From Gemmatimonadales bacterium (lineage in GTDB: Bacteria; Gemmatimonadota; Gemmatimonadetes; Gemmatimonadales; GWC2-71-9): a stretch of 64,000 nucleotides of DNA. This document shows positions 28,750 to 36,666 of the stretch, piece by piece. Each line of letters opens with the position of its first letter. Position 1 is the first letter of the stretch. The notes beneath the pieces were generated by a model, which saw only the letters and a list, made by a program, of their open reading frames with translations, was not told where the DNA came from and did no database searches. Both the position numbers and the translations under genes were made by a program. The stretch covers positions 6,915-70,914 of the forward strand of contig DASWII010000066.1 of the NCBI GenBank assembly GCA_036397755.1, in the 5' to 3' direction.

Positions 28750-29957
28750 CCGAGAGCGTTCAGGAATTCCCCAATCACTCGACTCATCGCGACGGGCTGC
28801 TCGAGTGCTATCACATGACCCGACTCGGGAATGACCACGAGGTGCGCTCCGGGGACAGCCTGTGCCATCGCCCGTGACTGCTCCGGTGAAATCAACTGGT
28901 CGTCCCGTGCGGCCAAGACGAGTGTCGGCACGGAGATCTGCGGCAAGAGATCCGTCGCATCGGATCGATCGCGCATGGCTCGAAGAGCTGCCACGAGGCC
29001 GGGGACCGAGGAGTTCGTGATCATGGTGCGCAGATGTTCGACCACTTGTGGCATCATGACGGCGGTCTGTGGCGCAACAAGCTTGGGAATCATCCGGTCC
29101 GCCAGGGCCCCGGTTCCCTCGGATTCCACCAGTTTGATGGTGGCGTCACGACCCCGTTTGGCCGCGTCGTCATCCGCGCTTGCCCTTGTGTTGGCAAGGA
29201 TCAACCCACGGACCCGATTGGGATGACGACGCACCATTTCGAATGCGACGTACCCCCCCATCGAGAAACCACACACCACCGTGTTCTCGATTTCGAGTTG
29301 ATCCAGCAGCTGAGCGAGGTCGTCCGCGTACCCGGATATGGTGGGCGTCCTATCCCCCAGCTGCGTGAGTCCCATACCACGCAGATCCGGCGCCACCCGA
29401 CGCCAGCCCGTCAACGTGGCCACCAAGCGCCGCCACATCGTTCGATCCAACGGGAATCCGTGAACAAACAAGACCGCCGGGCCATCACCCTGGATGTCGA
29501 CGGCCGTGTCGGCATCCTGAACGACCCGATGCTGAATCGCCGCGGCCTGCACCGAGGGGCGCGTCCCGAAGAAGGCACGTACCTCCGGCGGGACCTCGGT
29601 CGGCTTGCCATCGGTCCCGACGCACACGAACACAAACTCAGCCTCGGCCACGAGGGTACGGTCCCGATCGCGCCGTGCCACCTGGTGCAGAGAGAAGCTC
29701 GTCTTCCCGTGGTGCGTCAAACTCGAATCGATGCGGAGCACGTCACCCGGGTGCGCCACCGCATGAAACTCCGCCGTCACTTTCCGGACGGCAGCCCAAG
29801 CCCCAGCTCGAGCAAAGAGATCCATCCCGGGCCCACGCCTCAGCATCTCCCAACGCGCGCGTTCGAAGATCGTGAGGTACGCAGCCTGATTGACATGACC
29901 GTTGGCGTCGCAGTGATAGGGCATCACCGCAATCTCCACCGACGGAACTGGACTCAC
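28746..29957 (-). CDS. bifunctional-looking protein: 4HBT/YbgC-type acyl-CoA thioesterase fused to an alpha/beta hydrolase
   Basis: The N-terminal hotdog region is MPYHCDANGHVNQAAYLTIFERARWE. The C-terminal hydrolase region is VLFVHGFPLD..GFSMGGYVAFE (GxSxG). The GTG at 29957 is preceded by AGGAG 7 nt upstream; an alternative ATG lies at 30032. Confidence 0.75.
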   Translation of the reverse strand: MSPVPSVEIAVMPYHCDANGHVNQAAYLTIFERARWEMLRRGPGMDLFARAGAWAAVRKVTAEFHAVAHPGDVLRIDSSLTHHGKTSFSLHQVARRDRDRTLVAEAEFVFVCVGTDGKPTEVPPEVRAFFGTRPSVQAAAIQHRVVQDADTAVDIQGDGPAVLFVHGFPLDRTMWRRLVATLTGWRRVAPDLRGMGLTQLGDRTPTISGYADDLAQLLDQLEIENTVVCGFSMGGYVAFEMVRRHPNRVRGLILANTRASADDDAAKRGRDATIKLVESEGTGALADRMIPKLVAPQTAVMMPQVVEHLRTMITNSSVPGLVAALRAMRDRSDATDLLPQISVPTLVLAARDDQLISPEQSRAMAQAVPGAHLVVIPESGHVIALEQPVAMSRVIGEFLNALG

Positions 29958-30227
29958 CGCGACACTCCTGTTTCGGACGGGCCGATGTGCTGTAAACTTA
30001 CCGGGCGTGACGGGTTGCGGAACCGGTCGCACGCCGGCCTGGGCCGGAGAACGGACAATGCCCTCTTCGGTTAGGAGAGGAGCAGAATGACAGGATTATA
30101 TTGTAGTGACACTATACTCATACTGACACGACAGTAATTTAACACTAATTGTGCTAACTGATTGTGAATAAGTGTTATAGCTTTTTGTCCACACCGACTC
30201 GACAGTGTGTCGATAATCTGGCGCTCG

Positions 30228-31388
30228 ATGAATGAACGCGCAACAGACCATCACTTGGTCACTCACCGCGCGGGCCTCGACGCCATGGTCGGCGCTGTCG
30301 CAAACGCTGGTCGATGCGCGATCGACACCGAGTCGGCTTCGTTTCACCGCTACGCCGATCGACTCTACCTCGCGCAGGTAGCGACCGAGGATCGGGTGTG
30401 GGTCATTGACCCGCTCGCGGTCACGGACCTCGAGCCGCTCGGTCGATTGCTCGCCGATCGGAACATCGAGATCATCCTGCATGACGCGGACTTCGATCTG
30501 CGCACGCTGAATCGCGATTACGGGTTCATCGCCGCCAACGTGTTCGATACCCGAGTGGCGGCGGAGTTGGCGGGCGAACCGTCCGTGGGGCTTGCCGCGC
30601 TCCTCGAGCGACACTTCGGTGTGCGCCTCGACAAGCGCTTTCAGCGTGCCGACTGGTCGATGAGGCCGTTGTCGAAAGAGATGTTGGCATACGCCGCGGA
30701 CGACACTCGGTATCTGGTGAAACTCCGCGATCTCTTGGCGCGACGACTCGTTGAACTCGATCGACTCGCCTGGGCCGAAGAGGATTTTCAGCGGATCGAG
30801 AGCGTTCGGTGGGAGCGGCCGGACGAGGCGCAGGCGTACCTCCGGCTCAAAGGTGCCAAGACCCTTTCGCCTCGACAGCGCGCCGCCCTGCGCGAACTGT
30901 ACGCCTGGCGCGACGACATCGCATGCCGTCTGGACCGCTCGCCGTTTCGCGTGGCGGCGAACGACGCGCTCGTCGCGACCGCACGTGCACTGCCGACCAG
31001 CCCTCGGGCGCTGCGCGCAATACCCAGCATGTCGCCGGGGCTCGCTCGGCGCCACGGTAAGGCTCTCCTGGCCGCCGTGCGCACGGCGGTGGATCTGGGC
31101 GAGGAGAAACTCCCCGAACTGGAGCGGCGCCGGCGCGCTCCTCCCGACGAAGCGAGCCAGGCGCGCTTCGACAAGCTGCGGGCGTTGCGCGCACGGCGAG
31201 CCGCCCATGTCGCACTCGCTCCCGGTCTCGTTTGTCCGAACGCCGCGCTGATGGCGCTCGCGCGCTCGGTGTCGGACGGATCGCCTCCCGACTTCCAGGC
31301 GGCGGGCCTCAAGCGCTGGCAGCGGGACTTGCTGGGCGAGGACGAGCTGATACGGGCGCTCGAACCTGGCGCAGACTCGGCCGGCTAG
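30228..31388 (+). CDS. rnd: ribonuclease D (DEDDy 3'-5' exonuclease + HRDC)
   Basis: It has AIDTES, ILHDADFDL and YAADDTRYL, plus an HRDC-like C-terminus. An alternative GTG start lies at 30207. Confidence 0.85.
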   Translation: MNERATDHHLVTHRAGLDAMVGAVANAGRCAIDTESASFHRYADRLYLAQVATEDRVWVIDPLAVTDLEPLGRLLADRNIEIILHDADFDLRTLNRDYGFIAANVFDTRVAAELAGEPSVGLAALLERHFGVRLDKRFQRADWSMRPLSKEMLAYAADDTRYLVKLRDLLARRLVELDRLAWAEEDFQRIESVRWERPDEAQAYLRLKGAKTLSPRQRAALRELYAWRDDIACRLDRSPFRVAANDALVATARALPTSPRALRAIPSMSPGLARRHGKALLAAVRTAVDLGEEKLPELERRRRAPPDEASQARFDKLRALRARRAAHVALAPGLVCPNAALMALARSVSDGSPPDFQAAGLKRWQRDLLGEDELIRALEPGADSAG

Positions 31389-31711
31389 AACCCCAGAAAA
31401 GCGCGAACCTTGGGCTCGATGCGTTCCGGGGTCCAGTAGGGCTCCCACACCAACTCAATCGACACCGTCTCGACCCCGTCGAGACTCTTTACCGCGGCGT
31501 CCACATCGCCCATGATCTGCCCTCCCGCCGGACACCCGGGTGAGGTGAGCGTCATCTTCACATCGACGTGGGCGTCGCTGATCGCGACGTCGTAAACGAG
31601 CCCCAAATCGACGATGTTCAGGCCGGCCTCCGGGTCTTTGACGCCGCGTAGCGCCGTGCGGACTGCAGCCTCATCGAGCACAGCATTCTCCTTCATCGCT
31701 GGTCCTGACAT
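31385..31711 (-). CDS. DUF59/SufT-like metal-sulfur cluster assembly factor
   Basis: It has VKDPEAGLNIVDLGLVY..TLTSPGCP. Only the C-terminal 108 aa of ORF 31385..31972 look genuine. Confidence 0.8.
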   Translation of the reverse strand: MSGPAMKENAVLDEAAVRTALRGVKDPEAGLNIVDLGLVYDVAISDAHVDVKMTLTSPGCPAGGQIMGDVDAAVKSLDGVETVSIELVWEPYWTPERIEPKVRAFLGF

Positions 31712-31716
31712 TGTAC

Positions 31717-32829
31717 TCAACACCCGCTCGCGGCGCGACACGCCGCGTGAAACGCGACGGCCGCGTCCGCAACGGCGCCTCGCACTTCCTTGAGACGGCT
31801 GATCGATCGCCCACTCCGCGGTGCGTACACGCGGTTTGTGAGGAGAATGACGAAGAGGCCGCGCACCGGGTCGATCCATAACGACGTACCGGTGAATCCC
31901 GTGTGGCCGAACGTTCCGGGGGTCAGCAAGGTCCCGGTGTTGTCCGTGGTCGTCGTGTCGCGCAGCTCCCAACCCAGGGCGCGGTTACCGGCACCCGGAG
32001 CGGTGAACATCCGCACCGTCTCGGTTCGTACGAGCGTCACGCCACCAGTTGTCCCTCCTCCGAGAATCATCTGTGCAAATCGCGCCAGGTCGCTGCCTGT
32101 CGAGTACAACCCGGCATGGCCGGACACCCCCCCGAGGCGCGCCGCATTTTGGTCGTGGACCTCGCCGGCGATCGGGGTTCCCCGCCACCGGCCGACGGGG
32201 AGCATGCGGGATCGCCAGGCCCGCGGCGGGAGGAACCTGGTGTGCTCCATCGCCAGCGGTTGGAAGACGCGCTCCCGCACAAACCGATCGAGCGGTTGCC
32301 CCGCGGCGACCTCGACAATCCATCCGAGAAGCATCGCATTGAGGTCGCTGTAGACGACCCGCCCCCCCGGCGCCCACCGGAGCGGCTCGGCCATGACGCG
32401 AGCTCTTGCCTCTTCCGCCGTGGAGGTCAATTCGTGCAGCGGTAGGAACGCCCGCAAGCCCGACCGGTGCTCCAGCAGGTGCCGCACCGTCACTGCCTCT
32501 TTCCCAGTTCCGCGAAACGCCGGGAGATAGTCCTGCACTGCGCGATCGAGCTCCAGTAAGCGGTCGTCAACCAGCCGCATGACCGCGGTGGTGGTCGCGA
32601 TCACTTTGGTGAGGGACGCGAGATCGACCAGCGTGCTTTCCGGGACAGGGACCGGTGCATCGGCGGCCCAGGTGAAGTGGCCAAAGCCACGCGCGAAGAG
32701 CACAGTGTCCGCGGTGCCGATGACGACCACGGCACCGGGGTATGCGCCGTCCCGGATGCCGGCCTCGACCGCCGCGGACACACGCTCGCTCGGAGTCACC
32801 TGCACGAGCGCAGCGAGGAGCAGAAACAC
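31717..32829 (-). CDS. serine hydrolase (beta-lactamase class C / esterase family)
   Basis: It has the SxxK motif (ASLTKV), the YSD(L)N motif and the HTG motif (FGHTGFTG). Confidence 0.85.
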   Translation of the reverse strand: MFLLLAALVQVTPSERVSAAVEAGIRDGAYPGAVVVIGTADTVLFARGFGHFTWAADAPVPVPESTLVDLASLTKVIATTTAVMRLVDDRLLELDRAVQDYLPAFRGTGKEAVTVRHLLEHRSGLRAFLPLHELTSTAEEARARVMAEPLRWAPGGRVVYSDLNAMLLGWIVEVAAGQPLDRFVRERVFQPLAMEHTRFLPPRAWRSRMLPVGRWRGTPIAGEVHDQNAARLGGVSGHAGLYSTGSDLARFAQMILGGGTTGGVTLVRTETVRMFTAPGAGNRALGWELRDTTTTDNTGTLLTPGTFGHTGFTGTSLWIDPVRGLFVILLTNRVYAPRSGRSISRLKEVRGAVADAAVAFHAACRAASGC

Positions 32830-32844
32830 GGTTGGAAGGGCGGG

Positions 32845-33561
32845 TTAGCGCCGAATCGGATCGCGCAGCGAACCAGGCGCCAAGGCATACAGCAGGCCCG
32901 CGGTCGCGCGGTCGCGGACCGTCAGATCGCGTACGCCGATCACCGGAAACATCACGTCCCGTGTGTCGTCCGAATGGCCCAGCCCGAGTGCATGACCCAC
33001 CTCGTGCAGGGCGACCGCGTAGAGCGCGTCCTCCCCGACCGGGCTACCGACGCGATCTACTGTGGCGAGACTCACGATGGCGTGCTGGAGCCACCCTCCC
33101 GGGCCCCAGCGCACATCGGTTTGTCCCGCTCGGTACCACGGGAGCCCTCTCGCCCACCGCACCACGATGCTGGCGTCGCTTGCATCATCGACCAGCGCGA
33201 ACCGTACCCGTGCCGCCGCCGCATCCTGCCAACGATCGAACGCCGCGAGCACCTGCGCGCGCCGACCTCCGTCCACCAGGGACGACGACTCCACGTAGAC
33301 GGTGATGGCTGTTCCATCCACCAGCGACCAGCGTACCAACAGAGAGTCGTTCTGCACGAGGATGTGAGGAATGAAGGTCCCGGACTCGGCGATGCGGGCT
33401 CTCACCTCGGCCCGGTACGAATTGCGTTGCGCCGCCGCCAGTTCGGACCCGTGGCTCGAGCTGCCGGCCGGCAGAGGAGCGGCCGTTCGCAGGGGCGGGG
33501 TGCTTCCACCACCGAACGGCAGCACAGCCAGCACGATGAGGCAAATGCGCGCGGTCCGCAT
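32845..33561 (-). CDS. secreted matrixin-family (M10) zinc metalloprotease
   Basis: It has HEVGHALGLGHSDDTRDVM (HExxHxxGxxH plus Met-turn) and an N-terminal signal MRTARICLIVLAVLPFG. Confidence 0.85.
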   Translation of the reverse strand: MRTARICLIVLAVLPFGGGSTPPLRTAAPLPAGSSSHGSELAAAQRNSYRAEVRARIAESGTFIPHILVQNDSLLVRWSLVDGTAITVYVESSSLVDGGRRAQVLAAFDRWQDAAAARVRFALVDDASDASIVVRWARGLPWYRAGQTDVRWGPGGWLQHAIVSLATVDRVGSPVGEDALYAVALHEVGHALGLGHSDDTRDVMFPVIGVRDLTVRDRATAGLLYALAPGSLRDPIRR

Positions 33562-33720
33562 ACAGTGAATATGTGCCCCAGGCTGACAGGCACGCCAGCG
33601 CCCGGTAGCTTTGAGCCACGAGCCGGCCTATCATTCGGCCCTTTCGGCCGAGATCCTCGAAGCCCTCCCTGGGTTCGGCCCCGTCGATATTCGCCGAGGG
33701 CGCTCCGCGACGAGTACTAA

Positions 33721-36054
33721 GTGAGTTTCAGTCCAGCAAATGCGATCATCCGCTATCGATTCCTGGTGATAGCCCTCTGGGGGCTGATCATCGGTATCGC
33801 TGTGCCACGAGCTGGCGTGGTACATGAGGGACTGCGCGTCGAGGGTGGAACCGTCGAGGGCTCAGACGCGATGATCGCGAGCCAGCTGATCCGGGAGTCC
33901 TTTCCCCTCCCGGTCGCGGATTTCTTTGCCGTGACGCTCACCGGGCCCGTGCCCATCGATGACACGCCGCACCGCGCCATTCTGGATTCCCTGACCCGGG
34001 TGGCCCGGTCCAGGTCCTACGTAAGCCACGTGGTGTCGTACTTGGACACGCCCGACTCGACGCTCGTCAGCGCAGATCGCCTCAGCACCTTCTTCATTGC
34101 CGCGATCCGGACGGACACCGCGCTGAGCTCCACCGACCTCGTCCCCGACTTCCGCCACCAGATGCATGACCTGCTGGCGCGGATACCGTGGGCCAGCAGC
34201 TACCGATCCGAGGTCACGGGTGGACCGGCGCTCGACTACGACATTCGCACGGTCTCGAAAGAGGACACGGATCGGGGAGAGCGCCGGGCTCTTCCCTTCA
34301 CCGCCCTGATCCTCATTCTCTCGTTTGGCGCCATCGTCGCTGCCCTGCTGCCGCTCGGGATCGGTCTCGCGGTGATCGTTTGCGCCCTGGCGGTGGTGCA
34401 AGTCGTTTCGACGCTCTACCCGATGAACGTGTTCGTGCTCACGATCGTGTCGATGGTCGGATTGGGAGTTGGGATCGACTATTCGTTGCTCATCGTCACC
34501 CGTTTTCGCGAAGAGCTGAATCGCGGCCGCGGCCGCAACGAAGCCGCCCGCCGCACGATCGCCACCGCCGGACGAGCGGTGGTAACGAGCGGTCTGACGG
34601 TGGTGGTGGGATTTGGCTCGCTCCTGGTGACTCCGTTACCGGAAACCCGCTCGGTGGGTATCGGGGGTCTCATTGTGGTCACCGTCGCCGTGCTGCTGTC
34701 CGTCACCCTGCTCCCGGCCGCGTTGTCGCTTCTGGGAAGCGCGATCGACTGGCCGCGGTGGCTCGCGGGACGGCTCTCGTGGTATCACGCGTCCACCGGC
34801 TGGGAACGGTGGGCGCGCTGGCTGGCCCATCACCCGTGGCGGGCGATTCTCTGGGGAGGGTTAGCGGTCGCGATCGTCACGTGGCCGCTCACCCAAATCC
34901 GGGTCGGGCTGCCGCGGGCAGGGTGGTTCCCCTCCGAAACCGAGTCCACAGCCGGCCTGAACACGCTGGAGCGCATCGGCGCCCAAGGGGTGCTGCAGCC
35001 CATGCGGATCGTGCTCCAAGCGCCCGAAGGACAGCGCATCGTGGGGTCACGGTATCTGCGTGGGCTTCAGCGCCTTTCGGATTCCTTACGGGCTGACCCG
35101 CATATCGCCGAGGTACGCAGCGTCGTGGACATTCAGCGCGGCATGTCCGCACTGCGGTACACCATGCTGTACTCCAACGTCGAGGCTGCGCGCTCCCGGG
35201 CCCCGCAGTTCTACGCCGCCTACCTGGCCACCGATAACCGTACGACCCTGATGGATGCCTTGTTGGAAGACACGACGTCGTTCACGAGCTCTATGGACGT
35301 GGTGCGACGCATCCGGCGAATCGTCGCGGACGGTGTGCCCGGTCTCGATTCGGTCACGGTCTACGTCGGCGGCTTTCAGGCGTCCAGCGTCGATCTCCAG
35401 GATCGACTGCTCGCGCAATTCCCGGTGGTCATCGCCCTGGTACTCATCAGCACCGCGGTCATGTTGTTTTTCGCGTTCCAGTCTGTGCTGGTTCCGCTGA
35501 AGGCAGTGCTTATGAACTGCATATCGGTCGCGGCGACGTTCGGACTCGTGGTGCTCGTGTTTCAGGACGGTTTCGGCGCCCGACTCTTCGGGCTGGACGG
35601 TCCGACCGAAGCGATCTACGTCATCGTGCCGGTGTTGGTCTTCGCCGTCGTGTTCGGCCTGAGTATGGACTACGAAGTCTTCCTGCTCTCACGCATCAAG
35701 GAAGCGTACGACCGAACCGGCCGGAACGACCAGGCGACGATGGAGGGGCTTGCCGCCACGGCATCGGTGATCACCAGTGCCGCCGCGATCATGATCATCG
35801 TGTTCGGGGTGTTCGCGTTTTCGCGGGTGCTCGCCGCGCAACTCATGGGATTCGGCTTGGCCGTTGCCGTGCTGCTCGATGCCACCCTTATTCGCATGGT
35901 CCTCGTACCGGCCTTTATGCACATCGCGGGACGATGGAACTGGTGGCCGGGTGGGCGGAAAGACAACCCGCTCGAGACGGCGGAGTACCCGGTCAGCGAC
36001 GCGGCAGGCGATGCTCGGCCAGATCCAGCGCGCGCTCCAGCCGGTCACCCTTGA
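33721..36054 (+). CDS. MMPL family (RND superfamily) transporter
   Basis: It has two repeats, each of about 6 TMs plus a large loop. MMPL-type segments are GIDYSLLIVTRFREE and GLSMDYEVFLLSRIKE. The start is GTG. Confidence 0.85.
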   Translation: MSFSPANAIIRYRFLVIALWGLIIGIAVPRAGVVHEGLRVEGGTVEGSDAMIASQLIRESFPLPVADFFAVTLTGPVPIDDTPHRAILDSLTRVARSRSYVSHVVSYLDTPDSTLVSADRLSTFFIAAIRTDTALSSTDLVPDFRHQMHDLLARIPWASSYRSEVTGGPALDYDIRTVSKEDTDRGERRALPFTALILILSFGAIVAALLPLGIGLAVIVCALAVVQVVSTLYPMNVFVLTIVSMVGLGVGIDYSLLIVTRFREELNRGRGRNEAARRTIATAGRAVVTSGLTVVVGFGSLLVTPLPETRSVGIGGLIVVTVAVLLSVTLLPAALSLLGSAIDWPRWLAGRLSWYHASTGWERWARWLAHHPWRAILWGGLAVAIVTWPLTQIRVGLPRAGWFPSETESTAGLNTLERIGAQGVLQPMRIVLQAPEGQRIVGSRYLRGLQRLSDSLRADPHIAEVRSVVDIQRGMSALRYTMLYSNVEAARSRAPQFYAAYLATDNRTTLMDALLEDTTSFTSSMDVVRRIRRIVADGVPGLDSVTVYVGGFQASSVDLQDRLLAQFPVVIALVLISTAVMLFFAFQSVLVPLKAVLMNCISVAATFGLVVLVFQDGFGARLFGLDGPTEAIYVIVPVLVFAVVFGLSMDYEVFLLSRIKEAYDRTGRNDQATMEGLAATASVITSAAAIMIIVFGVFAFSRVLAAQLMGFGLAVAVLLDATLIRMVLVPAFMHIAGRWNWWPGGRKDNPLETAEYPVSDAAGDARPDPARAPAGHP

Positions 36055-36259
36055 GATCCCAATGCCAGGCGGCAACCCGTTCCCCGGTCGTCGGATCGCG
36101 AAGCGGCCGGTACTGCAGCCATTCCTCACGGAGGGTCAACTGTCGACCGGCCTCCAGCAGCGCCCGCCGATCGGCGGACACTAGGTGTGCCCAGCGGTCC
36201 CCGCGCAGCACAAAGCGGTGGAGCCACAATCCGCCCGCCAGCGCGTGCATGACACCCAT
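35993..36259 (-). CDS. DUF4031-like protein
   Basis: The pattern DRWAHLVSADRRALLEAGRQL..EEW.....WHWDLKGDRLERAL resembles DUF4031 from memory. Its 3' end overlaps the convergent MMPL gene by about 60 nt. Confidence 0.45.
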   Translation of the reverse strand: MGVMHALAGGLWLHRFVLRGDRWAHLVSADRRALLEAGRQLTLREEWLQYRPLRDPTTGERVAAWHWDLKGDRLERALDLAEHRLPRR

Positions 36260-36285
36260 GCGCCAGTAGCGAAACTCGCGCCACG

Positions 36286-36666
36286 CTACCCGCACTCGAC
36301 AATCCCTTCCCTGGTCGCAAGGCCGATCGGCGCCGCGGTGCGGACGAACACATAGCAGCGCGTTATCGCATCGAACCCCTCCGCTTGTGCCGACCACCCG
36401 GTGTTCGTCGCCTCCATGATCTCCACCGTCACCCCGCCGCTCGACTGCCAGCCGCGGAGATCGGCCGGGTCGCCTGCATACACCATCTGATCGTAGAAGT
36501 GCGACTCTTGTGCAACCGCCAGGTTGCGCAGATCACTCTTCATCACCGACAGCGAGGCGCGCTCGCGAAACCGCTGCACCTGCAGGGCCGCGATGGCGGT
36601 GAGCAACCCGAGCACGGTCGCCACCACCAGCATCTCGATCATCGTGAAACCTCTATGGTTTCGCAT
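36286..36666 (-). CDS. type IV pilin-like protein (prepilin N-terminal cleavage/methylation domain)
   Basis: It has MRNHRGFTMIEMLVVATVLGLLTAIAAL (G/FTxxE motif) and a C-terminal Cys pair CYVF...IVEC. The start overlaps the polA 3' end by 14 nt. Confidence 0.75.
   Translation of the reverse strand: MRNHRGFTMIEMLVVATVLGLLTAIAALQVQRFRERASLSVMKSDLRNLAVAQESHFYDQMVYAGDPADLRGWQSSGGVTVEIMEATNTGWSAQAEGFDAITRCYVFVRTAAPIGLATREGIVECG

Noticed and set aside
30096-31448. A 450-aa minus-strand ORF covering the rnd locus.
   Set aside because: The plus-strand ORF carries clear RNase D DEDD/HRDC motifs. The minus-strand product has no motifs and a high-GC artefact composition.
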